NCBI GenBank assembly: GCA_002389295.1
Contig: DGOE01000041.1
Span: 15,080 to 79,079 of the forward strand
Length of the DNA: 64,000 nt
Direction: 5' to 3'
Origin: Flavobacteriales bacterium UBA4474
GTDB lineage: Bacteria; Bacteroidota; Bacteroidia; Flavobacteriales_D; Sanyastnellaceae
Shown here: in pieces, positions 54,486 through 64,000 of the stretch
Layout of the letters: the number at the start of each line of letters is the position of its first letter
Numbering within the stretch: the stretch's first letter is position 1
Notes under the pieces: model-generated
Database searches by the model: none
The model's input: the letters and a program-made list of their open reading frames with translations, nothing else
Told to the model about the DNA's origin: nothing
Translations under genes and position numbers: made by a program

Positions 54486-55366
54486 AGGGGCCCGGCCGGA
54501 ACACGGTCCATGCGCCAATGGTCCACCGCCCAAGAAAGAATGGATGAGACGCCCGCCGAGGCTTGAATCTCACCTGCGCCGCCCGCTGGCAGCTGGCCGA
54601 GCAGCTGCAATGCCTCCATGAGTAAGTATGGCGCGCGATCCACTTCCAATGGTTCGGCCAAGGTTTGCTTGCTCCATTTCTGCCCTGCTGCATTGACAAG
54701 GAGCGGCAGGTGTCCCCAATGACCCGCTTCGCGGCCAGCACCCAAAACATCCCACAAGGCCATCTGCCCCGGAGTACTGTCCATCAAATCTGCCCCTCTG
54801 ACTACGGCGTTGACCCCTTGATCCACGTCGTCCACCACCACGGCCAACTGGTAAGCCCAAAAACCATCTGCCCTGCGCACCACGAAATCATCCAACATCT
54901 CTTGACCTGCGGACTGTGGGCCCTGGATTTCGTCTTGCCAGTGAATCGTTTGCTCTGGCATGATGAAACGGTAAGACCTCGCATCCTGCCCCCCGGGGAT
55001 ACCCTGCTTACAAGTGCCCGGGTAGACAGCGTGATCGGCGAGCATTTTTCGCGTGCAGGCGCAACCGAACGCACGCCCCTCCGCAATCAGCATTTCCAAT
55101 GCATCCGCATACGCCTCCTGGCGTTTCGACTGGTAGCGCACGCTTCCATCCCAAGTCAGGCCAAAGCCCTCCAAGGTGCTCAGGATGTCATCCGCCGCTC
55201 CCGGCACTTCCCTGGGAGGATCGAGGTCCTCCATGCGCACCAGCCACTGCCCCCCTCGGTGGCGCGCATCGCACCACGACGCCAAAGCGGCAATGAGGCT
55301 GCCCATGTGCAACCGCCCCGTAGGAGACGGCGCAAAGCGGCCGACATAGCCGCTGCCCTGCATCAA
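54461..55366 (-). CDS. gluQ: tRNA glutamyl-Q(34) synthetase (GluRS paralogue lacking the anticodon-binding domain)
   Basis: GRFAPSPTGRLHMGSLIAAL, VRMEDLD, YQLAVVVDD. 301 aa, so the catalytic domain only. Confidence 0.88.
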   Translation of the reverse strand: MMQGSGYVGRFAPSPTGRLHMGSLIAALASWCDARHRGGQWLVRMEDLDPPREVPGAADDILSTLEGFGLTWDGSVRYQSKRQEAYADALEMLIAEGRAFGCACTRKMLADHAVYPGTCKQGIPGGQDARSYRFIMPEQTIHWQDEIQGPQSAGQEMLDDFVVRRADGFWAYQLAVVVDDVDQGVNAVVRGADLMDSTPGQMALWDVLGAGREAGHWGHLPLLVNAAGQKWSKQTLAEPLEVDRAPYLLMEALQLLGQLPAGGAGEIQASAGVSSILSWAVDHWRMDRVPAGPLYWQGGQS

Positions 55367-57048
55367 CGGACCAGTTTGCGGTACTTGATGCGCTTGGGGC
55401 CTGCATCGCCCAGGCGCTCCTTGCGGTTGGCCTCGTATTCACTGTAAGTGCCCTCGAACCAAACCACCTGGCTGTCGCCTTCGAACGCCAGAATGTGCGT
55501 GCAGATCCTGTCCAAGAACCAGCGGTCGTGCGATATGACCACCGCGCAGCCCGCAAAGCTCATGATGCCCTCCTCCAAAGCGCGGAGGGTGCCTACATCA
55601 ATGTCGTTGGTCGGCTCGTCCAGCAGCAGCACATTCGCCTCGGTTTTGAGGGTCATGGCCAAATGCAAGCGGTTGCGCTCGCCTCCCGACAGCACGCCAC
55701 ATTTCTTTTGTTGGTCTGAACCGCCAAAATTGAACTTGGAGACATACGCCCTGGAATTCACCAGGCTGCCGCCGATATCCAGCTGCTCATTGCCTCCGGA
55801 GACGACCTGCCAGACTGTTTTCTCGGGGTCGATTTCCTTGTGGCGTTGGTCCACGTAACCGATTTCCACAGAATCTCCAAAATCCACTGCACCCGCATCG
55901 GGCTGCTCCAGGCCCATCATCATGCGGAACAAGGTGGTTTTTCCTGCGCCATTCGGTCCGATAATGCCCACAATGCCCGCAGGGGGCAGCGAAAAATTGA
56001 GGTCTTCGATGAGCAAACGGTCGCCAAAGGCCTTTTGCAGGCCCGTCACCTCGATGACCTTGTTGCCCAGGCGCGGACCATTGGGGATGGGGATTTCGAG
56101 GCGGGCCTCCTTCTCTTTGGTCCCCTCGGCCATCATCGCGTCGTAGTTGTTGAGGCGGGCCTTGTTCTTGGCACGGCGGCCTTTCGGGTTTTGGCGCACC
56201 CAATCCAACTCGCGCTCCAACTCTTTGCGGCGCTTGCTCTCGTGCTTTTCCTCCTGCGCCATGCGCGTGGTCTTCTGGTCGAGCCACTCGGCGTAGTTGC
56301 CCTTCCAAGGGATGCCTTCCCCGCGGTCGAGCTCCAGGATCCAGCCGGCCACATTGTCCAAGAAGTAGCGGTCGTGGGTCACGCACAACACGGTGCCTTT
56401 GTAACGCTCCAGGTGCTGCTCGAGCCAATCGATGGTCTCGGCGTCGAGGTGGTTTGTGGGCTCGTCCAACAACAGGACGTCTGGCGCCTGCAAGAGCAGA
56501 CGGCACAGGGCGACCCTGCGGCGTTCACCACCTGAGAGCTCCCCGATTTTCTGGTCGTCTGGTGGGCAACGCAAGGCGTCCATCGCAATGTTGAGCTTGG
56601 TGTCGAGCTCCCATGCGTCGAGGGCGTCGATGCGGTCTTGAACCTGCCCCTGCCTGTCCATCAATGCCTGCATCTTGTCGGGATCATTCAAGATCTCCTC
56701 GTCCATGAACTTGGCGTTGATCTCCTCATAATCCTTGAGCACAGCCACGATTTCCTGTGTGCCCTCCTCGACCACTTCTCTGACGGTCTTGCTCTCGTCG
56801 AGCTTGGGCTCCTGGGGCAAATAGCCCACTGTGTAGCCGTCGGCCCAGACAACCTCACCTTGGTAGGCTTCATCCAAACCGGCGATGATTTTCATGACGG
56901 TGGACTTACCCGAACCGTTGGTACCGATGATGCCAATCTTGGCACCGTAGTAAAAGGACAGGTAGATGTCCTTGAGGATGTGTTTTCCGGTCGGGGTCGT
57001 CTTGTTGACCTTGACCATCGAAAAAATGACCTTCTTGTCGTCGCTCAT
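55363..57048 (-). CDS. ettA: ABC-F translational throttle protein EttA
   Basis: 561 aa with two ABC cassettes (GTNGSGKST/LSGGERRRVAL and GPNGAGKTT/LSGGERNRLHL). N-terminus is the typical EttA start MS..K.IFSM..V.K. Confidence 0.92.
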   Translation of the reverse strand: MSDDKKVIFSMVKVNKTTPTGKHILKDIYLSFYYGAKIGIIGTNGSGKSTVMKIIAGLDEAYQGEVVWADGYTVGYLPQEPKLDESKTVREVVEEGTQEIVAVLKDYEEINAKFMDEEILNDPDKMQALMDRQGQVQDRIDALDAWELDTKLNIAMDALRCPPDDQKIGELSGGERRRVALCRLLLQAPDVLLLDEPTNHLDAETIDWLEQHLERYKGTVLCVTHDRYFLDNVAGWILELDRGEGIPWKGNYAEWLDQKTTRMAQEEKHESKRRKELERELDWVRQNPKGRRAKNKARLNNYDAMMAEGTKEKEARLEIPIPNGPRLGNKVIEVTGLQKAFGDRLLIEDLNFSLPPAGIVGIIGPNGAGKTTLFRMMMGLEQPDAGAVDFGDSVEIGYVDQRHKEIDPEKTVWQVVSGGNEQLDIGGSLVNSRAYVSKFNFGGSDQQKKCGVLSGGERNRLHLAMTLKTEANVLLLDEPTNDIDVGTLRALEEGIMSFAGCAVVISHDRWFLDRICTHILAFEGDSQVVWFEGTYSEYEANRKERLGDAGPKRIKYRKLVR

Positions 57049-57075
57049 GGCATCGTTTTGGGCTCCGGAAGGTAA

Positions 57076-58317
57076 TCAGGCCTTGCGGAGCGTGAGTTCT
57101 GTGATTTCTGGTGGCATGCCAATGCGGCCGGGAAACCCGAGGAGTCCGAAACCACGGTTGACATGCAGGTGCTGGTTGCCCTCTGTATACAAGCCTCCCC
57201 AGCGCTTGTAGCGCAGGCTGCTCGGTGAGAATTTGATGCCCAAGGCGGGGAGCTCGAGCCCCATTTGCATGCCGTGGGTATGGCCTGACAATGTCAATTC
57301 AATGGGGGCCTTGTCTCCCATGACGCGCTCCTCCCAGTGCGTCGGGTCATGGCTCAACAACACCGTTGAAAGCGCCAAGTCCGCCTTGTCCATCGCCGCA
57401 TCCAAATCGCCACTTTGGCGAAAACCCTTGCCCCAAGTCTGCACCCCCACCAGCAAGAGCTGATCCCCTTCTCGCTCGATGACGCGGTGCTCGTTCATCA
57501 GCAGGTCAAACCCCATTTCTGCGTGGATGTCGCGAATGCGGCGGCGGATTTTTTCGCGTTCCTCATCCGTTCTGCGGGCGTAGTCGGCATAATCGTGGTT
57601 TCCAAGAATGCTGAACTTGCCGTATTTGGCCGTCAGGGATTTGAACCGGTCAATCCAAGGTTCGGCTTCATCACTGTGGTCATTGACCAGGTCTCCCGTA
57701 AAACACAAAACATCGGGCTCAAGTGATTGGATGAGGTCTAGTCCGCGCTCCACCGGTCCGAAATCCTCCAAAAAGCTTCCGAGGTGGGCATCCGAAATCT
57801 GGACAATGCGCAGGCCATCGAGGCCATCGGGCAACCCCTTCATGGGCACCTCATGGCGGCGCACATGGTATCCGTAGCGCCCACGGGTCATGCCGTAGGC
57901 AAAGGATCCGAAAAGCACACCGGCAGCGGCCTGTCCGGTCCAGGAGATAAACGTGCGCCTTGGAATGCCCGGGCGGCTGTCCGTGCTGGTAAACAACCAC
58001 TGAGCACCAAACCGCAATGATTCGATGATTTCTGTGCCACTCAGCCAAAGTTTTGGCACCAGCAGGCTGATGAGCACGGCATGGGTAAGCAGCAGATATT
58101 GGGGGTGATGTTCCCTCCAAATGGGCCAACGAAACACATAAATACCGAACCAAACGAACTGGATGACAGCTGTTGCGAACCACACCCGTCGGACCAGAGG
58201 AAACCGGGCATTTGACGACCAGACCCTATGGATGTTGCGCCAGGCGCCCCATTCAATGAGCAACAGGATTCCAAGCAAAATGAGTGCGGACCAAATCATG
58301 CGGGCCGTGGATGGCAT
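57076..58317 (-). CDS. Membrane-anchored metallophosphoesterase (YkuE/calcineurin-like)
   Basis: 4-5 N-terminal TM helices, then RIVQISDAHLG, FTGDLVN, LGNHDY, SGHTHG. Confidence 0.85.
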   Translation of the reverse strand: MPSTARMIWSALILLGILLLIEWGAWRNIHRVWSSNARFPLVRRVWFATAVIQFVWFGIYVFRWPIWREHHPQYLLLTHAVLISLLVPKLWLSGTEIIESLRFGAQWLFTSTDSRPGIPRRTFISWTGQAAAGVLFGSFAYGMTRGRYGYHVRRHEVPMKGLPDGLDGLRIVQISDAHLGSFLEDFGPVERGLDLIQSLEPDVLCFTGDLVNDHSDEAEPWIDRFKSLTAKYGKFSILGNHDYADYARRTDEEREKIRRRIRDIHAEMGFDLLMNEHRVIEREGDQLLLVGVQTWGKGFRQSGDLDAAMDKADLALSTVLLSHDPTHWEERVMGDKAPIELTLSGHTHGMQMGLELPALGIKFSPSSLRYKRWGGLYTEGNQHLHVNRGFGLLGFPGRIGMPPEITELTLRKA

Positions 58318-58388
58318 GGCGCGAAATTAACCCGTGGATACCGGCCATTGGGTGCCGATGTGAAGGTTTGGGAAATGAAACTTGAACG

Positions 58389-59102
58389 TCAGGCCTCTCC
58401 CGTCAAAATAGACCTGGCCTTTTGGGCATTGAAGGCCTCGTCCAGCAGCAAGCTGCCCCCCTGCTCAGGGGTCCGCAATACCAACCAACGGTTGGCCCAA
58501 CCCGCTTGCTCGACGGCCTCCAGGTCATGGGTTGCCAAGACGACCGATTTTCCAGAAGCGCACCATTTCCCCAAATCATGCATCACCTCACGCCTGCCCA
58601 CCACGTCCAAAAACGCCGTGGGTTCATCCAGAAGGACCATGGAACCCGCTTGGTTGAAGGCCCTGGCCATCATGACGCGTTGGGCCATGCCATCGCTCAG
58701 GGTGTCGAGCTGAACATCGATCCAGTCGGCTATGTCCGCCATTTCAAGCGCAGCTGCCACATCGGATGGACCTGCGCTTTTGCTACCGGCTTCGAGGGCC
58801 AGCCCCACAACATCCCCGACCGTCAGAGCCGATCCTCGGGGTGGCGTGGATGCTACGAACGCCATGTGCTCGGCCCTGCGCCCGGGCGACATGGCCCCGA
58901 CTTCGTGTCCGCCGAGGCTAACCTGCCCGCTGCGCGGGGTCAAGAGCCCCGCCAAAGACCGCAGCAAAGTGGACTTTCCCGCGCCATTGCGTCCCAATAT
59001 GACCAGGTTGCCGCCTGGAGACAATTCCAGGTTCAGTGGACCTACTCCTGCTGTGGGGTAGACCAATTCGAGGTCGCGCATCACCAGTTGTGCTTCACTC
59101 AT
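58389..59102 (-). CDS. ABC transporter ATP-binding protein (FecE/BtuD-type)
   Basis: Start at MSEAQLVMRDLEL (ATGA overlap with the permease stop). Walker A GRNGAGKSTLL, signature LSDGMAQRV, Walker B LLDEP. Confidence 0.88.
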   Translation of the reverse strand: MSEAQLVMRDLELVYPTAGVGPLNLELSPGGNLVILGRNGAGKSTLLRSLAGLLTPRSGQVSLGGHEVGAMSPGRRAEHMAFVASTPPRGSALTVGDVVGLALEAGSKSAGPSDVAAALEMADIADWIDVQLDTLSDGMAQRVMMARAFNQAGSMVLLDEPTAFLDVVGRREVMHDLGKWCASGKSVVLATHDLEAVEQAGWANRWLVLRTPEQGGSLLLDEAFNAQKARSILTGEA

Positions 59103-60118
59103 AGCCTTGCTCCGGTTTTGCCTGCGGAACCAAAGGGGCCCCTTCCCATGATCAACAAAAGCACCACGGGAGCCCCGACCAAGCTCAGTACGGCATTGAG
59201 TGGGACGCCCGCCCAGCGCACGACCCCATCGGCAAAGAGGGCCAAAGCCCCTCCGGTCAGCACGACCGACCACAGCATCTTGCTGTGGCGCCCCGAGATC
59301 CCCGTGGCCCTGACCAGGTGTGGCGTGGCCAACCCCAAAAAAGCGATGGGTCCACACCAGGCCGTCACCAAGCCGGCAAGCACACCCGCTGTGCCGAGTG
59401 CACTCCAGGTCAGTTTACGTTCGTCCACACCCATGGTCCGGGCTGTCAAGGAACCCATGGTCCACATGTCCAATTGACTGCACGTGCGGGCCGTCCATAC
59501 AATGCTCCCCGAGAGCGCTACCAGGATGAAGACGCAAGATGACCAACCTCCATTGGCGAATGACCCCATCCCCCAATGAACAAAGGCTTGCAATGCCCCC
59601 GCGTCGGCGCCTGCCTGCAACACCGTGACCAGTGCGCCCGTCAAGTAGCCCACCATCAAGCCGAAGATCAGCAAGGCCGTCATGGACCTGAACCGCCCCA
59701 TGACCAAGCCCAACAGCACCATGACGGCACCTCCGCCAAGCAGCGCCCCCAATACTTGTGACCCCATGCCCATGTTGCGTGAAGCCCAGCCGAGAGAGGC
59801 CCCGCCAAGGGCCACCATGGCCACACCGAGTGTCGCACCTGAGGAGACACCCAAAACACTGGGGCCGGCCAGCGGGTTGCGGAAATAGGTCTGCATCAGC
59901 AAACCCGAAAGGCCCAAGGCCGCGCCAGAAAAGGCCGCCATCATGAGCCTGGGCAACCGGAGACGCCACATAATGGTCTGTGTGGTCGCGTCACCCCTTC
60001 CCATCAGGGCTGCCCATTCCGCCGACCAATCCAATTGCGCCGGACCAGAAAACAAGCCCGAGGCGAAAAAGACCACCATCAGCAGCACCAGGACCATTTG
60101 TGATTGGCGTACACTCAT
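59099..60118 (-). CDS. FecCD/BtuC-family ABC permease (iron-siderophore/heme/cobalamin type)
   Basis: 339 aa with about 9-10 TM helices. RLPRLMMAAFSGAALGLSG and GPIAFLGLATPHL motifs. Confidence 0.88.
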   Translation of the reverse strand: MSVRQSQMVLVLLMVVFFASGLFSGPAQLDWSAEWAALMGRGDATTQTIMWRLRLPRLMMAAFSGAALGLSGLLMQTYFRNPLAGPSVLGVSSGATLGVAMVALGGASLGWASRNMGMGSQVLGALLGGGAVMVLLGLVMGRFRSMTALLIFGLMVGYLTGALVTVLQAGADAGALQAFVHWGMGSFANGGWSSCVFILVALSGSIVWTARTCSQLDMWTMGSLTARTMGVDERKLTWSALGTAGVLAGLVTAWCGPIAFLGLATPHLVRATGISGRHSKMLWSVVLTGGALALFADGVVRWAGVPLNAVLSLVGAPVVLLLIMGRGPFGSAGKTGARL

Positions 60119-61326
60119 GGCCGCGGCAAGGTCTTTTGGAAATACCCCATGCCCTCAGTTTCCCGCGGCAGTCCATGGAGAATGGACACCAGGTCGGACA
60201 GCATGCGGTCAGGCTCAATCACCGCACGGCCGAAATAATCCGTCTCTGCGGTATTGCAATGGAACAGCAACTTGTCCGACAACGGCAACCACGACAGGGC
60301 CTGCTCGGCATCCTCCCGGTGCCAGCCTTCTGGGGCAAAGACAACTTTTCCCCACGCATCCGCTTCTGCCGCCATCAGGGCGAATTGCTCCCTGTCCATC
60401 TCCACGTTGCTGCCCTTGCGGCGCAGGCCCCATTGCTGCTCTTTGTGTTCATCGATGAGGTAGGCTCCTCCGGCATCCTCTACAAGCCGCGCCACCAGAC
60501 CATCACCGGCTGGGGCTGTCCAAGCGCCGCCTTGTTCGCTGCCGGTAAAAACGAGGGGATACCCCCCCTTCTCGGCGGCTTCCCTTCCACGCTTGCGCAG
60601 CGACTCATAGCGCCCTGCAATGCCCTCAAAAATGGCATCAGCTGTGTCCATCTTTCCCGTCAGCCAGCCAAACACCTTGATGTACTCCGCCCGGCCCAGG
60701 GGATGCGGCTCGGCGTATTCGCTCAATGACATTACGGGAATGCCCGTCCGCTCGGCCACACCTTTCATGGGATCGCCAAAAGGGTAGGAAGTCAACAGCT
60801 GGGCACCCGAGGCCACCAGTGCTTCTTCGTCTAAGCCACCGTCTCCTCCGAGGTTGGTCAGGTCCTTGAGCAGTGCAGCCGGAATGTCCTCTATCCGGTG
60901 AATAAAACCCGCAGCGCGCCATGCTTCGTGCGTATCCAACGCCAGCAAATAGGGCGCATGGGTGGTCGACCAGGTGGCCAATGCGCAGTCTGCAGGAATA
61001 GCGTGCACAAGCCCTTCAGCATTCCCCCTCGTGCGGTGCGGTGCACCGGCTCGGTGGTGAACCCAAGCTGTGGCAGTGCCCCCTTTGTCCTGCAGCCAGA
61101 GGGTGTCACCTCGAGCAGAGAACCAGAAAAACTGGGCATACTTCACCCCTTCTTTTTGGGACGAACCCAGCCCAGCGCTGTTGTTTTGGGCGCTGTCCAT
61201 TCGGCACCCAACCCCCATGAACATGAGGACTCCAAACCCCGCCAATGCCCAGACCAGGCCGTATACCGACAGCCGCCCCCCGGTCAAGGCAATACCTCTG
61301 CGCGCGCAGTTGGTGGGAAACTCCAT
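60115..61326 (-). CDS. Periplasmic-binding-protein (BtuF/FhuD cluster A) lipoprotein of the ABC importer
   Basis: The hydrophobic leader ends in the lipobox MGVGC. ATGA-coupled to the permease. Two-lobe PBP-like length. Start codon choice is uncertain. Confidence 0.7.
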   Translation of the reverse strand: MEFPTNCARRGIALTGGRLSVYGLVWALAGFGVLMFMGVGCRMDSAQNNSAGLGSSQKEGVKYAQFFWFSARGDTLWLQDKGGTATAWVHHRAGAPHRTRGNAEGLVHAIPADCALATWSTTHAPYLLALDTHEAWRAAGFIHRIEDIPAALLKDLTNLGGDGGLDEEALVASGAQLLTSYPFGDPMKGVAERTGIPVMSLSEYAEPHPLGRAEYIKVFGWLTGKMDTADAIFEGIAGRYESLRKRGREAAEKGGYPLVFTGSEQGGAWTAPAGDGLVARLVEDAGGAYLIDEHKEQQWGLRRKGSNVEMDREQFALMAAEADAWGKVVFAPEGWHREDAEQALSWLPLSDKLLFHCNTAETDYFGRAVIEPDRMLSDLVSILHGLPRETEGMGYFQKTLPRP

Positions 61327-61388
61327 GCGGACAAAAGTACGGGGGGCCGCGAGGCTGTAAATTGGGTTCGAAACCGCAACGATCGGAA

Positions 61389-63035
61389 ATGCCCATTCCA
61401 GCAGAGGAAATCGAACGCCAACAGCGCACAGACGCGATGAAGTTGAAGCTTTCGGAAATGGACCACCTGTTTCAAAAAGTCCGTCTTGGCGGCGGCCAAG
61501 CGCGCGTGGACAAGGAGCATGCGAAAGGCAAGCTGACCGCCCGAGAAAGGCTCGAATTGCTGATGGACGAGGGCGCCGCGCTCCTCGAAATCGGTGCCTT
61601 TGCCGGACACGGCATGTACAAGGAGCACGGCGGATGCCCCGGAGGAGGCTGTGTGGTGGTCATGGGCCAAGTCAGCGGTGTGCGCTGTATTGCCGTTGCC
61701 AATGACGCCACGGTCAAAGCCGGCGCCTGGTTTCCAATCACCGGAAAGAAGCACCTGCGGGCCCAGGAATTGGCCTTTGAACTTCACCTGCCCATCATCT
61801 ACTTGGTGGACAGTGCCGGGGTCTACCTCCCCATGCAGGATGAGATCTTCCCCGACAAAGAGCATTTTGGCCGGATTTTCCGCAACAATGCACGGCTCAG
61901 TGCCCTGGGCATTCCGCAACTCGCAGCCGTCATGGGCAGTTGTGTGGCCGGCGGCGCCTATCTGCCGATCATGAGCGATGAGAGCATCATTGTCAAAGGA
62001 ACGGGCAGCATCTTTCTCGCCGGCCCATACCTGGTCAAGGCGGCCATCGGCGAGACCGTGGAGGCCGAAGACCTCGGGGGTGCGGAAATGCACGGCAGCA
62101 TCTCCGGTGTGGTGGACCACGTGGTGGAGGACGACAGGGAGGCCATTGCCTTGCTGCGCCAATTGATGGTGGACCGCGCAGGGCGTCCGAGCATCCGAAA
62201 TTTTGCGCGGGCCACCCCCGCCCTCCCCAAAGGCGACGGCGAGGCCTTGCTTTCCGCCCTCCCCGCTTCGCGCAGGGCATCATACGATGTCAAATCATTA
62301 ATTGGCGCATTGGTCGATGGCGGGGATTTCAATGAATTCAAACGCGATTACGGCAAGACCCTGCTGTGTGCCACAGCCAAGATTGACGGATGGAGCGTGG
62401 GGATTGTGGCCAACCAGCGGACGCTGGTCAAAAGCGCCACGCAAGGCACTCAATTTGGTGGTGTCATCTACTCTGACAGCGCGGACAAGGCCGCACGCTT
62501 CATCATGAACTGCAACCAGAAAGGGCTGCCCTTGGTGTTCCTTCAGGATGTGACCGGATTTATGGTGGGATCCAAAAGTGAACAGGGCGGCATCATCAAG
62601 GATGGGGCCAAGCTGGTCAATGCCATGGCCAACTCCGTGGTCCCCAAATTCACCGTTATCGTCGGCAACAGCTACGGTGCGGGCAACTATGCCATGTGCG
62701 GAAAGGCCTACGACCCCAAGCTCATCGTGGCTTGGCCCTCCGCCGAACTGGCCGTTATGGGTGGTGCCCAGGCCGCCGGAGTGTTGCTGCAGATCGAAAT
62801 CGCGGGGCGCAAGAAAAAAGGCGAAGACATCACACCCGAACGCGAGGCGGAACTCAGAGCGGCGATCGAATCGAAGTATGCCGAACAGGTATCTCCTTTC
62901 TATGCCGCAGGCCGGCTCTGGGTGGATGCCATCATTGACCCAAGGGAGACGCGCACTTGGATATCAGAAGGCATCGCCGCTGCCGATGGCACCCCAAAAG
63001 AAGGGCCGTTTACTACAGGTGTATTGCAGACCTGA
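61389..63035 (+). CDS. Acyl-CoA carboxylase carboxyltransferase (beta) subunit, methylcrotonoyl-CoA-carboxylase-like
   Basis: GKLTARERLELLMDEG, VANDATVKAGAWFP, YLVDSAGVYLPMQDEIFPDKEHFGRIF, MGSCVAGGAYLPIMSDE, AEDLGGAEMH, NSYGAGNYAMCG. Start set at MPIPAEEIE (61389). Confidence 0.9.
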   Translation: MPIPAEEIERQQRTDAMKLKLSEMDHLFQKVRLGGGQARVDKEHAKGKLTARERLELLMDEGAALLEIGAFAGHGMYKEHGGCPGGGCVVVMGQVSGVRCIAVANDATVKAGAWFPITGKKHLRAQELAFELHLPIIYLVDSAGVYLPMQDEIFPDKEHFGRIFRNNARLSALGIPQLAAVMGSCVAGGAYLPIMSDESIIVKGTGSIFLAGPYLVKAAIGETVEAEDLGGAEMHGSISGVVDHVVEDDREAIALLRQLMVDRAGRPSIRNFARATPALPKGDGEALLSALPASRRASYDVKSLIGALVDGGDFNEFKRDYGKTLLCATAKIDGWSVGIVANQRTLVKSATQGTQFGGVIYSDSADKAARFIMNCNQKGLPLVFLQDVTGFMVGSKSEQGGIIKDGAKLVNAMANSVVPKFTVIVGNSYGAGNYAMCGKAYDPKLIVAWPSAELAVMGGAQAAGVLLQIEIAGRKKKGEDITPEREAELRAAIESKYAEQVSPFYAAGRLWVDAIIDPRETRTWISEGIAAADGTPKEGPFTTGVLQT

Positions 63036-63037
63036 GG

Positions 63038-63580
63038 TCAGGCGCGCTCCCGGCGCATCAGCTCGGCGAGCATCAATTTGAGCATCTCTTCTTCTGCCGT
63101 GGCATTGCCCCCCTTCCTGGCCTGCAGTCCCTGCTGAAGGATGAGCATGGAATCCAACAAGTCCGCCTCATCGTCTACCCATTCGGGCAAGGCCTCAAAC
63201 AAGGTCAACGCCTCTACCATGACCGGCATGCCCAGCGCCACCGCACGGGTGGACAAAACTTGAAGGTGCCCTTCAGCGCTGCCCCCACATTCCCAGAGGA
63301 AGCCCAATAATTCAGGCAATTGATCGGCGTGCTCTGGCTGCAAGGCCGTCTCGATCAACACGGCTCCAGCCCCTTCCAACTTCAACCCCCGCAAGAGCTT
63401 TCCGATCTCCTCTTTGACGACAGGCTCATCCGTTTCTCCACGCAACCGCACCAATTCTTCAATGGTGCTCAACTCGCCTTCTTGTGCCACACGCTTCAAA
63501 GCTGCATCGCGTCTCTCTTCGAGGGGAGAGCGAAGGCCCTCGTGCAGGTCGACGAGCGCCTGTGCCTTTTTTGCTTCCAT
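63038..63580 (-). CDS. Acidic all-helical (HEAT-like) hypothetical protein
   Basis: 180-aa ORF with repeated helix pairs (ALKRVAQEGELSTIEELVRLRGETDEPVVKEEIGKLL). No recognisable motif. Confidence 0.45.
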   Translation of the reverse strand: MEAKKAQALVDLHEGLRSPLEERRDAALKRVAQEGELSTIEELVRLRGETDEPVVKEEIGKLLRGLKLEGAGAVLIETALQPEHADQLPELLGFLWECGGSAEGHLQVLSTRAVALGMPVMVEALTLFEALPEWVDDEADLLDSMLILQQGLQARKGGNATAEEEMLKLMLAELMRRERA

Positions 63581-63598
63581 GCCGCGAAAATACTGCCG

Positions 63599-64000
63599 TC
63601 ACCCCCGATTTGTGGACCATTGCTCAAACCAATCAGCGACTTCCGATAGGATGAGCGCGGTGGCGCCCCACACGAAGGGAACGCCGGGCAAGGCAAAACC
63701 GGGGACGGTCCACCGAAATCCGGTTTTGCCCGGCATTTGAACGCGCACCGCTTCGTGCTGTCTGTATTGGTTGTTGGTCAAATCAAGCAGGCTGACCCTG
63801 TGCACAGCAGCCACTTCAATCGTGTCAGGTATGAATTCTGAAGGCAGCGAAACCGGCGCAATGAACGGACGGACCACAAACCCACTAGGCACAACGTGCA
63901 CTTCTGTCAAAGGCACCGGATCGCGCAATGGCAAAAGCGCAACATCGAGACCCAACTCCTCTCGCCATTCGCGCAATGCGCAGGCCTTCATGGACTCGCC
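63599..64000 (-). CDS. NUDIX hydrolase (CoA-pyrophosphatase-like), 5' end beyond the window
   Basis: The reading frame continues to the window edge. GESMKACALREWREELGL is the Nudix box (GE..x..A.RE..EE.G). Confidence 0.7.
   Translation of the reverse strand, partial: GESMKACALREWREELGLDVALLPLRDPVPLTEVHVVPSGFVVRPFIAPVSLPSEFIPDTIEVAAVHRVSLLDLTNNQYRQHEAVRVQMPGKTGFRWTVPGFALPGVPFVWGATALILSEVADWFEQWSTNRG

Noticed and set aside
61351-61380. tRNA-like T-loop string GGGTTCGAAACCGC
   Set aside because: The flanking sequence cannot form a T-stem, acceptor stem or anticodon arm. It lies in the 62-nt divergent promoter region just before the carboxylase ATG.
61327-61388. Possible cobalamin riboswitch upstream of the BtuF-like gene
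   Set aside because: Only 62 nt are available and are shared with a divergent promoter. That is far shorter than a cobalamin riboswitch aptamer.

Overview
GC-rich (roughly 55-60% by eye), densely coding chromosomal segment. It is almost certainly from a member of Bacteroidota: it has three type-A and one type-B T9SS C-terminal sorting domains, a PorP/SprF gene, SprB repeats and an L31 type B gene. I call about 46 protein genes, many joined by 1-4 nt start/stop overlaps. I saw no rRNA, tRNA, CRISPR array, transposase or phage genes.

Housekeeping content: icmF (fused B12-dependent isobutyryl-CoA mutase), an acyl-CoA carboxylase beta subunit, pgi-fbaA, def, ribA plus a ribBA whose cyclohydrolase half looks dead, rpmE (type B), xerD, ettA, gluQ, ltaE, yaaA, an FKBP isomerase, an S46 dipeptidyl-peptidase, a BtuFCD-like ABC importer, an HDAC-family amidohydrolase, and others.

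The unusual content is a set of seven large secreted mosaic proteins (580-1686 aa) that shuffle a shared toolkit of modules:
- two lysyl-oxidase-like copper amine oxidase domains
- an M43 metalloprotease
- a cupredoxin fused to 12 CBM-like beta-sandwich repeats
- about 32 copies of a 3-Cys 'GCTDxxACNYDxxAxxDDGSCxY' module
- an uncharacterised 'YR[VL]YA...DSW[VI][ST][IL]G...GRVLLGQFTT' domain
- three alternative C-terminal tags: T9SS type A, T9SS type B, or a 28-aa Cys-bracketed dockerin-like tail

Both LOX paralogues also carry an internal dockerin-like pair followed by a cohesin-like region, and one of them is T9SS-anchored. My main hypothesis is therefore a non-cellulosomal cohesin/dockerin-type surface assembly built on T9SS.

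All domain calls were made by eye from motifs. No database search was run, and start codons are best guesses.
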